Positions 17,874-25,139 of a stretch of DNA of 32,111 nt are shown piece after piece. The notes beneath the pieces are model-generated. The model worked only from the letters and a program-made list of their open reading frames with translations, was not told the origin of the DNA and ran no database searches. A program made the translations under genes and the position numbers. Where the stretch lies: assembly GCA_035710475.1 (NCBI GenBank), contig DASTDG010000070.1:1-32111 (forward strand), given 5' to 3'. The stretch is from Chthoniobacterales bacterium. GTDB taxonomy: Bacteria > Verrucomicrobiota > Verrucomicrobiia > Chthoniobacterales > UBA10450. Numbering within the stretch: position 1 is the stretch's first letter; the number at the start of each line of letters is the position of its first letter.

Positions 17874-18812
17874 TTAACGCGCGAGGACATTGACGGGCGG
17901 GAGAATGCGCTCAATCTCGGCGCGGTGCGCCTCGTATTGCGGCGGTAGCTTCAGGCTCCCGCCGAGGTGCTCCACCGGCTCGTCGGCTGTAAACCCAGGC
18001 CCATCGGTCGCGATCTCAAACAAAATGCCGGCTGGCTCGCGGAAATAGATCGAGTGGAAATATTGGCGATCGATCACTGGCGTAATGTACAGCCCAAGAT
18101 CGACAATCCGTTTGCGCCACTCCAACTGCTCGGCTTCGTCCGCACAACGAAACGCGATGTGGTGCACAGTACCTGCGGAATTCACGCCGAACGACCCGTC
18201 CGGTCGTTCCATCAAATCCACCGCCGCACTTGTCGATGGTTCATCAACTGAGAACCGTCGCCGCGAGTTATCTTCGGCGACAATTTCGAACCCGAACGTC
18301 TCGAGCAGATTGGCAGTTTTCGTCGCGTGTTGCACCTCCAGCGTCGCCGCATGGAAACCGTGAATCGCGAACTCGTTGGGCACATCGCTTTTGTAGCCAA
18401 GATCGACATCCTCCAGCTCTGGTGACGTGATTAGCTCGATCAGCAAACCATCAGGATCAGCGAGTCGTAGCACATTGTCGCCGAACCGCGGGCTCGTTTG
18501 CTCGCACAACACCCGCTGTTCTTCGAAGCGCGCTTTCCAATAATCGAGCGCGCTCTGCGGAATTGCGAAACTCGTCGCGACCACTTGCCCCACGCCGCGT
18601 GTGCCGCGCCGCGCTCCAGGCCACGGAAAAAATGTGATCACTGTCCCCGGTCGCCCGGTGCGATCGCCGAAGTAGAAGTGATAGGTTGAAGGATCATCAA
18701 AATTGACCGTGCGCTTCACCAAGCGGAGTCCGAGCACGTTTGTGTAGAAGTCCAGGTTCCGCTGCGGCTCAGTCGCGATGGCGGTGATATGGTGGATGCC
18801 GCGCAGCTTCAT
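17874..18812 (-). CDS. Ring-cleaving dioxygenase / glyoxalase-family (VOC superfamily) two-domain protein
   Basis: ATG at 18812 gives MKLRGIHHITAIATEPQRNLDFYTNVLGLRLVKRTVNFDDPSTYHFYFGD..., and a second VOC repeat reads IHGFHAATLEV...VHHIAFR. The track start at 18962 adds 50 implausible residues that overlap prmA. Confidence 0.85.
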   Translation of the reverse strand: MKLRGIHHITAIATEPQRNLDFYTNVLGLRLVKRTVNFDDPSTYHFYFGDRTGRPGTVITFFPWPGARRGTRGVGQVVATSFAIPQSALDYWKARFEEQRVLCEQTSPRFGDNVLRLADPDGLLIELITSPELEDVDLGYKSDVPNEFAIHGFHAATLEVQHATKTANLLETFGFEIVAEDNSRRRFSVDEPSTSAAVDLMERPDGSFGVNSAGTVHHIAFRCADEAEQLEWRKRIVDLGLYITPVIDRQYFHSIYFREPAGILFEIATDGPGFTADEPVEHLGGSLKLPPQYEAHRAEIERILPPVNVLAR

Positions 18813-18825
18813 TCGATCTTCCAGT

Positions 18826-19599
18826 ATGTACCTCTGGCGACGCCAAGCGACTTCGCAATGGTGGCGAGTGCATCGAAGCGCGCTGGAATCGCGCTTCGGT
18901 GACAAGCTCGCGGTCATCGCCCAGCCGGGCCGCAAGCGATTAGAAATCCAGATTGCAGTCAATTCGATGAGCAGATTGCGCGAACTGGTGAAAATCGCCG
19001 ACGGCCGAATCGAAAAACTCCCGCGGGACTGGCTGGAACGTTTTCAGCGTCGGGACAAACCAAAACTGATCGGGATCAAAGATCGACAATTGATCATTCC
19101 CGCCGGCGCGGCGTTTGGGACCGGTGAGCACGCCACCACCGCGATGTCTCTCCACATGCTCGAAAGACTGGCGCAGACTTGTAGTGACGGCTGGTCAAGT
19201 ATCGATCTTGGCACTGGTTCGGGAATTCTCGCGCTCGCGGCGCGTCTGTTCGGCGCGAAGCCCGTGATTGGAATCGACAACGATCCGAGGGCGGTTTCGA
19301 CGGCAAAGCAGAATGCGCGGCTGAACAAGATCGACAATGTTGGGTTCAGAGCCGCGGACGTGCGCTCGTGCCAACTCCCGCGCAACATCGACATCATCAC
19401 GGCGAACTTGTTTAGCGAATTGCTCGTCGAAATTTTGCCGAAATTGCGCCGTGCCGCGTGGCTTATCCTCTCCGGTATTTTGCGTGAGCAGGAGCGTGAG
19501 CTCATCCATGCGCTCAAGCGGCAAAAGATCAACATTGTCCAGGTGCGACGCCGCGGGAAATGGGTCACGATTCTCGCGCGCGGATTGCGACGGTCATAG
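18826..19599 (+). CDS. prmA: Ribosomal protein L11 methyltransferase (PrmA-like class I SAM methyltransferase)
   Basis: IIPAGAAFGTGEHATTAMSLHMLERL and IDLGTGSGILALAA...GIDNDPRAVSTAKQNARLN are PrmA hallmarks. ATG 18826 (MYLWRR...) is chosen; the track start at 18778 would overlap the divergent gene. Confidence 0.85.
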   Translation: MYLWRRQATSQWWRVHRSALESRFGDKLAVIAQPGRKRLEIQIAVNSMSRLRELVKIADGRIEKLPRDWLERFQRRDKPKLIGIKDRQLIIPAGAAFGTGEHATTAMSLHMLERLAQTCSDGWSSIDLGTGSGILALAARLFGAKPVIGIDNDPRAVSTAKQNARLNKIDNVGFRAADVRSCQLPRNIDIITANLFSELLVEILPKLRRAAWLILSGILREQERELIHALKRQKINIVQVRRRGKWVTILARGLRRS

Positions 19600-19611
19600 A
19601 CCGCCGCTACA

Positions 19612-20700
19612 GTGAAAATCGGCATGCAAAGCGATGAGCTCGCCTATGCCGTTGTCACGCCATACTCGATGCGCAAATCGCGCACCGGCGGGATCGTTGC
19701 GCGCCTGATTTCGCGCACCGGCCTCGATCTCGTCGCCGCTCGCATGTTCGCGCCGAGCAAGGAACTGACCGAGCGCTACGCAAAAACAATCGTCACCGAG
19801 ACCGAGCCGGCGCATCGCGCCACCCAGGAGCTGATCCGCGATTATGTGCTAAAAAATTTTACCGGTGAGAAAAATGGCCACCGGCCCCGTGCCTTGTGCC
19901 TGGTTTTTCGCGGTCCGGATGCCATCGAAAAGATTCACCGCGCGGTCGGACACATCGTGCACGAGCGCACGAGCGGCGAGACGATTCGCGACACGTTCGG
20001 CGATTACATCACCGATGATTCGGGCCGGGTGACGTATTTTGAGCCAGGGGTGCTCGCGGCTTTCGATCCCAGCGCCGTGGCGCGCGATTTAAAACTCTGG
20101 GCTGAGTTTTCCGATCGCGACGGCGGCGTGCTCGATCAAGCAGTGCAGTTCGCCCCGGGAACGAAGATCGAGAAGACGCTCGTTCTCATCAAGCCGGACA
20201 ATTTCAAGTTCCCGAACCTGCGACCTGGCGGCGTGATCGAAGTTTTCTCGCGCACCGGTCTCTACATCGTTGCGTTCAAAGTGCACCGGATGAGTGTCGC
20301 GCAAGCGGAGGAATTTTACGGTCCGGTGTTACCGGAGTTGCAGGAGAAACTCGGGCCCGCGAAAGGACGCAGCGCGTGGGAAGACATCGTTGCGTTCATG
20401 GCCGGGGCCCGACCAAGCGACACGTTACCGGAGAACCGAGAAAAACCTGGCACAGAGAAGTGTATTGCCGTTGTTTACCAGGGCGAAAATGCCGTCGCGA
20501 AAATTCGCGAGGTGCTCGGCCCGACCGACCCGGCGAAGGCGCCGCCGGGGTCGATCAGAAAAGAGTTCGGCCAAAATATCATGGTTAACGCGGCGCACGC
20601 GTCCGACTCGGTCGCGAACGCGAAGCGCGAGATGACAATCGTGCGCGTCGAGGAAAACAACTTTAAACCTTTGATTGAAAACTTTTATCGCCGCCAATAA
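19612..20700 (+). CDS. Tandem-domain nucleoside-diphosphate kinase-like protein (degenerate N-terminal NDK domain plus apparently intact C-terminal NDK domain)
   Basis: 362-aa ORF. Domain 2 (aa ~187-345) has TLVLIKPDNF, FYGP, SIRKEFG and VNAAHASDS, with His329 at nt 20596-20598. Domain 1 (aa ~11-165) retains ETIRDTFGD. However, it has VVTPYS in place of KPD and VLAAFDPS where the catalytic His motif should be. An alternative start is ATG 19624. Confidence 0.8.
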   Translation: MKIGMQSDELAYAVVTPYSMRKSRTGGIVARLISRTGLDLVAARMFAPSKELTERYAKTIVTETEPAHRATQELIRDYVLKNFTGEKNGHRPRALCLVFRGPDAIEKIHRAVGHIVHERTSGETIRDTFGDYITDDSGRVTYFEPGVLAAFDPSAVARDLKLWAEFSDRDGGVLDQAVQFAPGTKIEKTLVLIKPDNFKFPNLRPGGVIEVFSRTGLYIVAFKVHRMSVAQAEEFYGPVLPELQEKLGPAKGRSAWEDIVAFMAGARPSDTLPENREKPGTEKCIAVVYQGENAVAKIREVLGPTDPAKAPPGSIRKEFGQNIMVNAAHASDSVANAKREMTIVRVEENNFKPLIENFYRRQ

Positions 20701-20735
20701 GGTGCGCTCCCTGAATTTCGAACGCTAAGATCGAC

Positions 20736-21899
20736 ATGGAAATTTCCGAACGCGCCGGGCAACTGACTCCTTCGCTTACGTTGTCGATCGACAGCAAAGC
20801 GAAGGCGATGAAAGCCGAAGGCATTGACGTCTGCGGCTTCGGCGCAGGCGAGCCGGATTTCGACACGCCCGAGCACATCAAAGCCGCCGCGATCGCGGCA
20901 TTGCAGGCCGGTTTTACCAAATACACGCCGAGTTCCGGGATTCCGGAATTGCGTCAGGCCATCGCGGAAAAATTGGCGGCGGACAACGGCCTGACCTATC
21001 GCGCCACGCAAGTGGTGGTAAGCAACGGCGCGAAGCACGCTTGTTACAACGCCATCCTCGCGACGTCGCAGCCCGGCGATGAAGTCATCATTCCGTCCCC
21101 CTACTGGGTGAGTTATCCCGACATGGTGAGGTTGGCCGGTGCCGAGCCGGTGATCGTGCCGACGTTCGAGCGGAATGCCTGGAAAATGCGCGCGGAAGAT
21201 TTCGAGAATGCGATGACCCCGCGCACCAAGATGTTGATCCTCAATAGCCCGTCCAATCCGGCCGGCTCCGTTTACACTCGCGAGGAGTTGCAGGCGATTG
21301 TCGATGTCGCAGCCGAGGAAGACATTTACGTTTTGTCCGACGAAATTTACGAGAAGCTCATTTACGACAACGCGCAGCACGTCAGCATCGGGTCGCTGTC
21401 GAAAGAAGCCTACGACCTCACCATCACGGTCAACGGCTTCAGCAAATCGTACGCGATGACCGGCTGGCGGCTCGGTTACCTTGCCGCGCCGGATGCAGTC
21501 GCGAAAGCCGTCGAGTCCATCCAGAGCCACAGCACCTCGAACCCGTCGTCATTTTCACAGCACGGCGCGCTCGCCGCGCTGAAAGGCGACCAGCAACCGC
21601 TCGCCGACATGCGCGAAGAATTCGATATGCGCCGCAACTACATGTACGACCGCATTTCAAAAATCCCGAACGTCACCGCGGTCAAACCGCAGGGCGCGTT
21701 TTACGTGCTGGTGAACGTGAGCCAGCTCGGCCTCACCTCGCAAAATTTTGCCGATCGTTTGCTGAGCAAAGCAAATGTCGCGGTCGTCCCCGGCGCCGCA
21801 TTTGGCGATGATCGGCTTGTCCGCCTGAGTTACGCGACGAGCATCGACGTCATCAAAAAGGGTCTCGACCGTTTCCAGGACTTCTGCCGGACGCTCTAA
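20736..21899 (+). CDS. Pyridoxal-phosphate-dependent aminotransferase, class I (aspartate aminotransferase-like)
   Basis: 387-aa ORF with the PLP-lysine motif NGFSKSYAMTGWRLGY, plus SNGAKHA, IIPSPYWVSYP and LNSPSNPAGSVY. Confidence 0.92.
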   Translation: MEISERAGQLTPSLTLSIDSKAKAMKAEGIDVCGFGAGEPDFDTPEHIKAAAIAALQAGFTKYTPSSGIPELRQAIAEKLAADNGLTYRATQVVVSNGAKHACYNAILATSQPGDEVIIPSPYWVSYPDMVRLAGAEPVIVPTFERNAWKMRAEDFENAMTPRTKMLILNSPSNPAGSVYTREELQAIVDVAAEEDIYVLSDEIYEKLIYDNAQHVSIGSLSKEAYDLTITVNGFSKSYAMTGWRLGYLAAPDAVAKAVESIQSHSTSNPSSFSQHGALAALKGDQQPLADMREEFDMRRNYMYDRISKIPNVTAVKPQGAFYVLVNVSQLGLTSQNFADRLLSKANVAVVPGAAFGDDRLVRLSYATSIDVIKKGLDRFQDFCRTL

Positions 21900-21905
21900 T
21901 TTGTA

Positions 21906-22063
21906 TGTCATCCGGAGGTCGCCGGGGGCGGCCGAGGGACCTCACAGTCGTACGGGCTATCGCACTAATTTCGCTGAGGCGATGCGCAGCTTGCTGCAAC
22001 GAGCGTGGCTTCTTACCTGATCCAGGCGCTTTTGAGAGGTTCCTCGCTTCGCTCGGAATGACA
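21906..22063. mobile_element. MITE-like intergenic element (~158 bp) bounded by imperfect inverted repeats starting with TGTCAT
   Basis: The left end is TGTCATCCGGAGGTCGCCGGGGGCGGCCGAGGGACCTC (21906-21943). The reverse complement of the right end is TGTCATTCCGAGCGAAGCGAGGAACCTC (22063-22036). They share TGTCAT / CCG / AG / CGAGG / ACCTC blocks. The element has no coding capacity and fills almost the whole aspC-like to eda spacer. Confidence 0.45.
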
Positions 22064-22078
22064 CGCTAATTGTTTTTA

Positions 22079-22786
22079 ATGCCTGGGCACGTTTCAACGG
22101 ACAAAGCCGCTGTTGTCGCGCGCATCAAAGCCGAGGGGGCGGTGGCGGTTATTCGCACCGATTCACCTGAGCGAGCGCTCGCCGCGGCGCACGCTGTCGT
22201 TGCGGGCGGATTTCGTGCGGTCGAAATTACCTACAGCTTCGCTGGCGCCACCGACGTGATCGCCAAACTGGCCGAGGCGAACGAGAACAATTTGCTCGTT
22301 GGTGCGGGAACGATTTTGAGCCGCGAGCAGGTGCACGAAGCTGTTGGAGCAGGCGCGCGCTTCCTTGTCAGCCCATGCATGCTGCCGGACGTGATTGACG
22401 TCGCACGCGAGCACGAGGTTGCAGTCGTGCCGGGCGCGTTCACGCCCACCGAGATCTTCACAGCGTATTCGTTAGGCGCCGATATCGTCAAAATTTTTCC
22501 TGCTGTTCGGTTTGGTCCGGAATATTTGCGAGCCGTGCGAGGTCCGCTGCCGCACATTCCCATTATGCCGACGAGCGGGGTCGAGGCATGCAACGTCGCC
22601 GAGTGGTTCAGGGCCGGTGCAGTTGCTGTCGGTGCCGTTGGCAGCGTGCTGGATCCTATACTGATTCGAAACGGCGAGTGGGATGCGCTAACGAACCGCG
22701 CCCGTGAATTCATCGCCGCGGTACGTGCCGCCCGAACAGGGGATCAGGTTGCGAACGGCACTCGCAGCGCGAAAACTGCGCGGTGA
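22079..22786 (+). CDS. eda: 2-dehydro-3-deoxyphosphogluconate / 4-hydroxy-2-oxoglutarate aldolase
   Basis: AVAVIRTDSPERALAAAHAVVAGGFRAVEIT..., VGAGTILSREQ..., FLVSPC..., VPGAFTPTEI... and DIVKIFPA (Schiff-base Lys) are typical of Eda. ATG 22079 is preferred over TTG 22070. Confidence 0.9.
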   Translation: MPGHVSTDKAAVVARIKAEGAVAVIRTDSPERALAAAHAVVAGGFRAVEITYSFAGATDVIAKLAEANENNLLVGAGTILSREQVHEAVGAGARFLVSPCMLPDVIDVAREHEVAVVPGAFTPTEIFTAYSLGADIVKIFPAVRFGPEYLRAVRGPLPHIPIMPTSGVEACNVAEWFRAGAVAVGAVGSVLDPILIRNGEWDALTNRAREFIAAVRAARTGDQVANGTRSAKTAR

Positions 22787-24360
22787 GCAAAGGCCATCTC
22801 GCGCTCATTCTGCACGCCCATCTACCGTTCATCAGGCATCCTGAGCACGAGCATTTCCTAGAGGAAGAATGGTTCTTCGAGGCGGCCACCGAAAGCTATA
22901 TCCCCCTGCTGCAAATGCAGCAGCGGCTGGTAAACGACGCCGTGCCGTTCAAGCTCACCATATCTCTGACGCCGACGCTCACCGCCATGTTGCAGGACGA
23001 GCTGTTACGAGAACGTTACGTGCAACATGTCGATCTTTTGATCGACCTCGCCGCGCGTGAGCAAAAGCGCAATCGCAAAGACGCGCGCCTGAGAGAACTC
23101 GCGCATTTTTATTCCCGGTTCCTTTCCGCGACGCGGCGGTTTTTTGTCGACGAATGCAAGTGCGATTTGCTCGCAGCATTTCGAAAACTTCGTCGAGCCG
23201 GTGTCCTGGAAATCATCGCCTCGGCCGCGACCCATGGATTGCTCCCGTTGCTCGCGCAGCAATCACCCGCAGCGGCACGCGCGCAGGTGCTCATCGGCCG
23301 TGATCAATATGTCGGTCTTTGGAGTGAAGAACCGAAAGGATTTTGGCTGCCGGAATGCGCATATGCGCCGGAACTTGATCGAATTTTGCAAGAGACAAAC
23401 ATCCGGTGGTTCGTGCTCGACGCGCACGGTCTGCTTTTCGGCAATCCGCAGCCGTGTCGCGCGATTTTCGCACCTTGTTATACGCGTCGCGGCCCGGCCG
23501 CATTCGCCCGCGACCGCGATTCGAGTCGGCAGATCTGGAGTGCGCATGAGGGCTACCCCGGCGACCCGGCCTACCGCGAATTCTATCGCGACGCCGGGTT
23601 CGATCTTCCGCTCGAGCATCTGGGACCGGTCGCCGCCGGCCGCCGCAAATTTTCGGGGCTGAAGTACCATCGCATCACCGGGCGCGGCCCGGAGAAGGAA
23701 TTGTACGATCGCGCGGCGGCGGAGCACAGAGCCCAGACTCACGCCGCACACTTTCTCGAGCAACGACGCGAACAACTTCGCCGGTTGAACCAACAAAGCG
23801 CCGATCCGATCGTCGTCATCCCGTTCGATGCCGAGTTATTTGGGCATTGGTGGTTCGAAGGGCCGCTGTTCCTTGAATGGTTCATTCGCAAAACCGCGTC
23901 TGAGCAGGATGACTTTTGCCTGACGACACCGAGCGAGTACCTGGCCGCGCATCCGACCCAGCAAACGATCGAGCCGGCAAGATCGACATGGGGCGAGAAC
24001 GGCGATCTTAGCGTCTGGATTAATCCGGCGAACGCTTGGATTTATCCGCATCTGCATGGCGCAGCGCGTCGCATGACCGAAGTTGCTCGTGCGCATGCCA
24101 ATGAACCGTCATCGCTCGGCGACCGCGTTTTGAAGCAACTCACGCGCGAATTGTTGCTCGCGCAGTCAAGTGACTGGGCGTTTTTGATGAAAACCGGAAC
24201 GGCACGCGAGTATGCGACCAAACGCACGATCGATCATCTCGGCCGATTTAATCGCTTGCACGACCAGTTTGCAGCAAAACGAAGCGATGAAGTGTTTCTG
24301 CGCGATTGCGAAGAGCGCGACAATTTGTTCCCGGATGTGAACTGGCGCTACTATGCCTGA
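22783..24360 (+). CDS. Glycoside hydrolase family 57 1,4-alpha-glucan branching enzyme-like protein
   Basis: 525-aa ORF. The N-terminus GHLALILHAHLPFIRHPEHEHFLEEEWFFEAATESYIPLL, together with WLPECAY and PFDAELFGHWWFEG, is characteristic of GH57 branching enzymes. The GTG start overlaps the eda stop (GTGA). Confidence 0.88.
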   Translation: MSKGHLALILHAHLPFIRHPEHEHFLEEEWFFEAATESYIPLLQMQQRLVNDAVPFKLTISLTPTLTAMLQDELLRERYVQHVDLLIDLAAREQKRNRKDARLRELAHFYSRFLSATRRFFVDECKCDLLAAFRKLRRAGVLEIIASAATHGLLPLLAQQSPAAARAQVLIGRDQYVGLWSEEPKGFWLPECAYAPELDRILQETNIRWFVLDAHGLLFGNPQPCRAIFAPCYTRRGPAAFARDRDSSRQIWSAHEGYPGDPAYREFYRDAGFDLPLEHLGPVAAGRRKFSGLKYHRITGRGPEKELYDRAAAEHRAQTHAAHFLEQRREQLRRLNQQSADPIVVIPFDAELFGHWWFEGPLFLEWFIRKTASEQDDFCLTTPSEYLAAHPTQQTIEPARSTWGENGDLSVWINPANAWIYPHLHGAARRMTEVARAHANEPSSLGDRVLKQLTRELLLAQSSDWAFLMKTGTAREYATKRTIDHLGRFNRLHDQFAAKRSDEVFLRDCEERDNLFPDVNWRYYA

Positions 24361-25048
24361 ATTGCAGATCGCAAATTGCAGGTTGCAAATTGTTGCCGTG
24401 TGGCTGCTCGTAATTGGTGCGGCAGCGCAAGAGTCGTCGACGCCACCAATATCGGTTACCCCGACTCCACCGCCCTCAAGCGCGCGCACTGTCCGCATTA
24501 GCTTTGTTCCGCCTCCGCTCGAAGGGACGATCAGCCTCGGCATTTTCGATCGCACCGGGAAGCTCGTGCGCGTTTTGCATCAAGAGGCCGAATTGGACGA
24601 GTTCACAGTCGAGGCCGACGGCCTGGAGACGAAATGGGATGGTAAAAATGACGACGGCAAAGGTTTACCCGCAGGGAAATACCGTGCGCGCGGTTACACG
24701 GTCGGCTGCAAGGTGGAGGAGCTTGGAACTTCCCCTAACGGATTACCGAGCAACACAACCGAGCATGTGACGGTGAAGCTCGTTGCCAATCCTCTGTCAA
24801 AGGGTGCGAACTTGGTTGTCGAACTTGCAGTTGGATTCGACGATGAAAATTGCTTCCTTCAAACAACCGATGGTTTGCCGCTGTTGACGGTGAGCGAAAC
24901 GCCGAACCTGTGGCGCGCTTTTGTCGCGAAGAGCGGCGAGCGTTCAGTCGACGTGTTTCAGGACGACGGCGACACTATCGACCAGCTTCGCGTTTCGAAT
25001 GTGAATCAGATGATGGCGTTCGATTGCGGCGAGATCGAGCTGAAGTGA
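24353..25048 (+). CDS. Secreted hypothetical protein with FlgD-Ig-like beta-sandwich segment
   Basis: 231-aa ORF overlapping the GH57 stop by 8 nt. It has a hydrophobic signal-like segment (VAVWLLVIGAAAQ) and a Pro/Thr/Ser linker. It also contains ISLGIFDRTGKLVRVL...WDGKNDDGKGLPAGKYRARGY, a pattern typical of FlgD-Ig/FlgD-like domains. The start is uncertain because the first ~14 codons are a short repeat. Confidence 0.6.
   Translation: MPELQIANCRLQIVAVWLLVIGAAAQESSTPPISVTPTPPPSSARTVRISFVPPPLEGTISLGIFDRTGKLVRVLHQEAELDEFTVEADGLETKWDGKNDDGKGLPAGKYRARGYTVGCKVEELGTSPNGLPSNTTEHVTVKLVANPLSKGANLVVELAVGFDDENCFLQTTDGLPLLTVSETPNLWRAFVAKSGERSVDVFQDDGDTIDQLRVSNVNQMMAFDCGEIELK
24361..24395. repeat. Short tandem, near-palindromic repeat ATTGCAGATCGCA / AATTGCAGGTTGCA / AATTGTTGC
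   Basis: About 2.5 copies of a ~13-14-nt unit sit directly after the GH57 stop. It translates as LQIANCRLQI on one strand and ICNLQFAICN on the other, a low-complexity signature I associate with intergenic repeats rather than real protein. Confidence 0.6.
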
Positions 25049-25088
25049 ATTGTAACGGCGGCGGTGTCAGCCGCCGAAATTAAAAGAA

Positions 25089-25109
25089 CGGCGCTTGACA
25101 CAAGCGCCG
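25089..25109. promoter_or_regulatory. Perfect 9-bp-arm palindrome CGGCGCTTG-ACA-CAAGCGCCG upstream of lpxC/fabZ
   Basis: The arms are 25089-25097 and 25101-25109 with a 3-nt centre. A TTGACA hexamer spans the centre (25095-25100). It lies 31 nt upstream of the lpxC/fabZ ATG and is not followed by a T-tract. Confidence 0.3.
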
Positions 25110-25139
25110 CTACAACGCAAGCGAGATTAACCACGGCGA

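Noticed and set aside
18813-18962. 50-codon N-terminal extension of the VOC dioxygenase, and the 18778 start of prmA
   Set aside because: Both extensions would create head-to-head coding overlap and add non-homologous-looking residues. The internal ATGs give family-typical N-termini.
20685-21530. 281-aa minus-strand ORF
   Set aside because: It is antisense to the class I aminotransferase and has no motifs.
24361-24395. Possible CRISPR-like or tandem-repeat array
   Set aside because: There are only ~2.5 short (13-14 nt) contiguous units without spacers, and no cas genes. It is not a CRISPR array.
25059-25076. GC hairpin CGGCGG-tgtcag-CCGCCG as an intrinsic terminator after the 24353-25048 gene
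   Set aside because: The stem is only 6 bp and is followed by GAAATTAAAAG, not a T-tract, so it does not meet intrinsic-terminator criteria. It is mentioned only under the palindrome finding.
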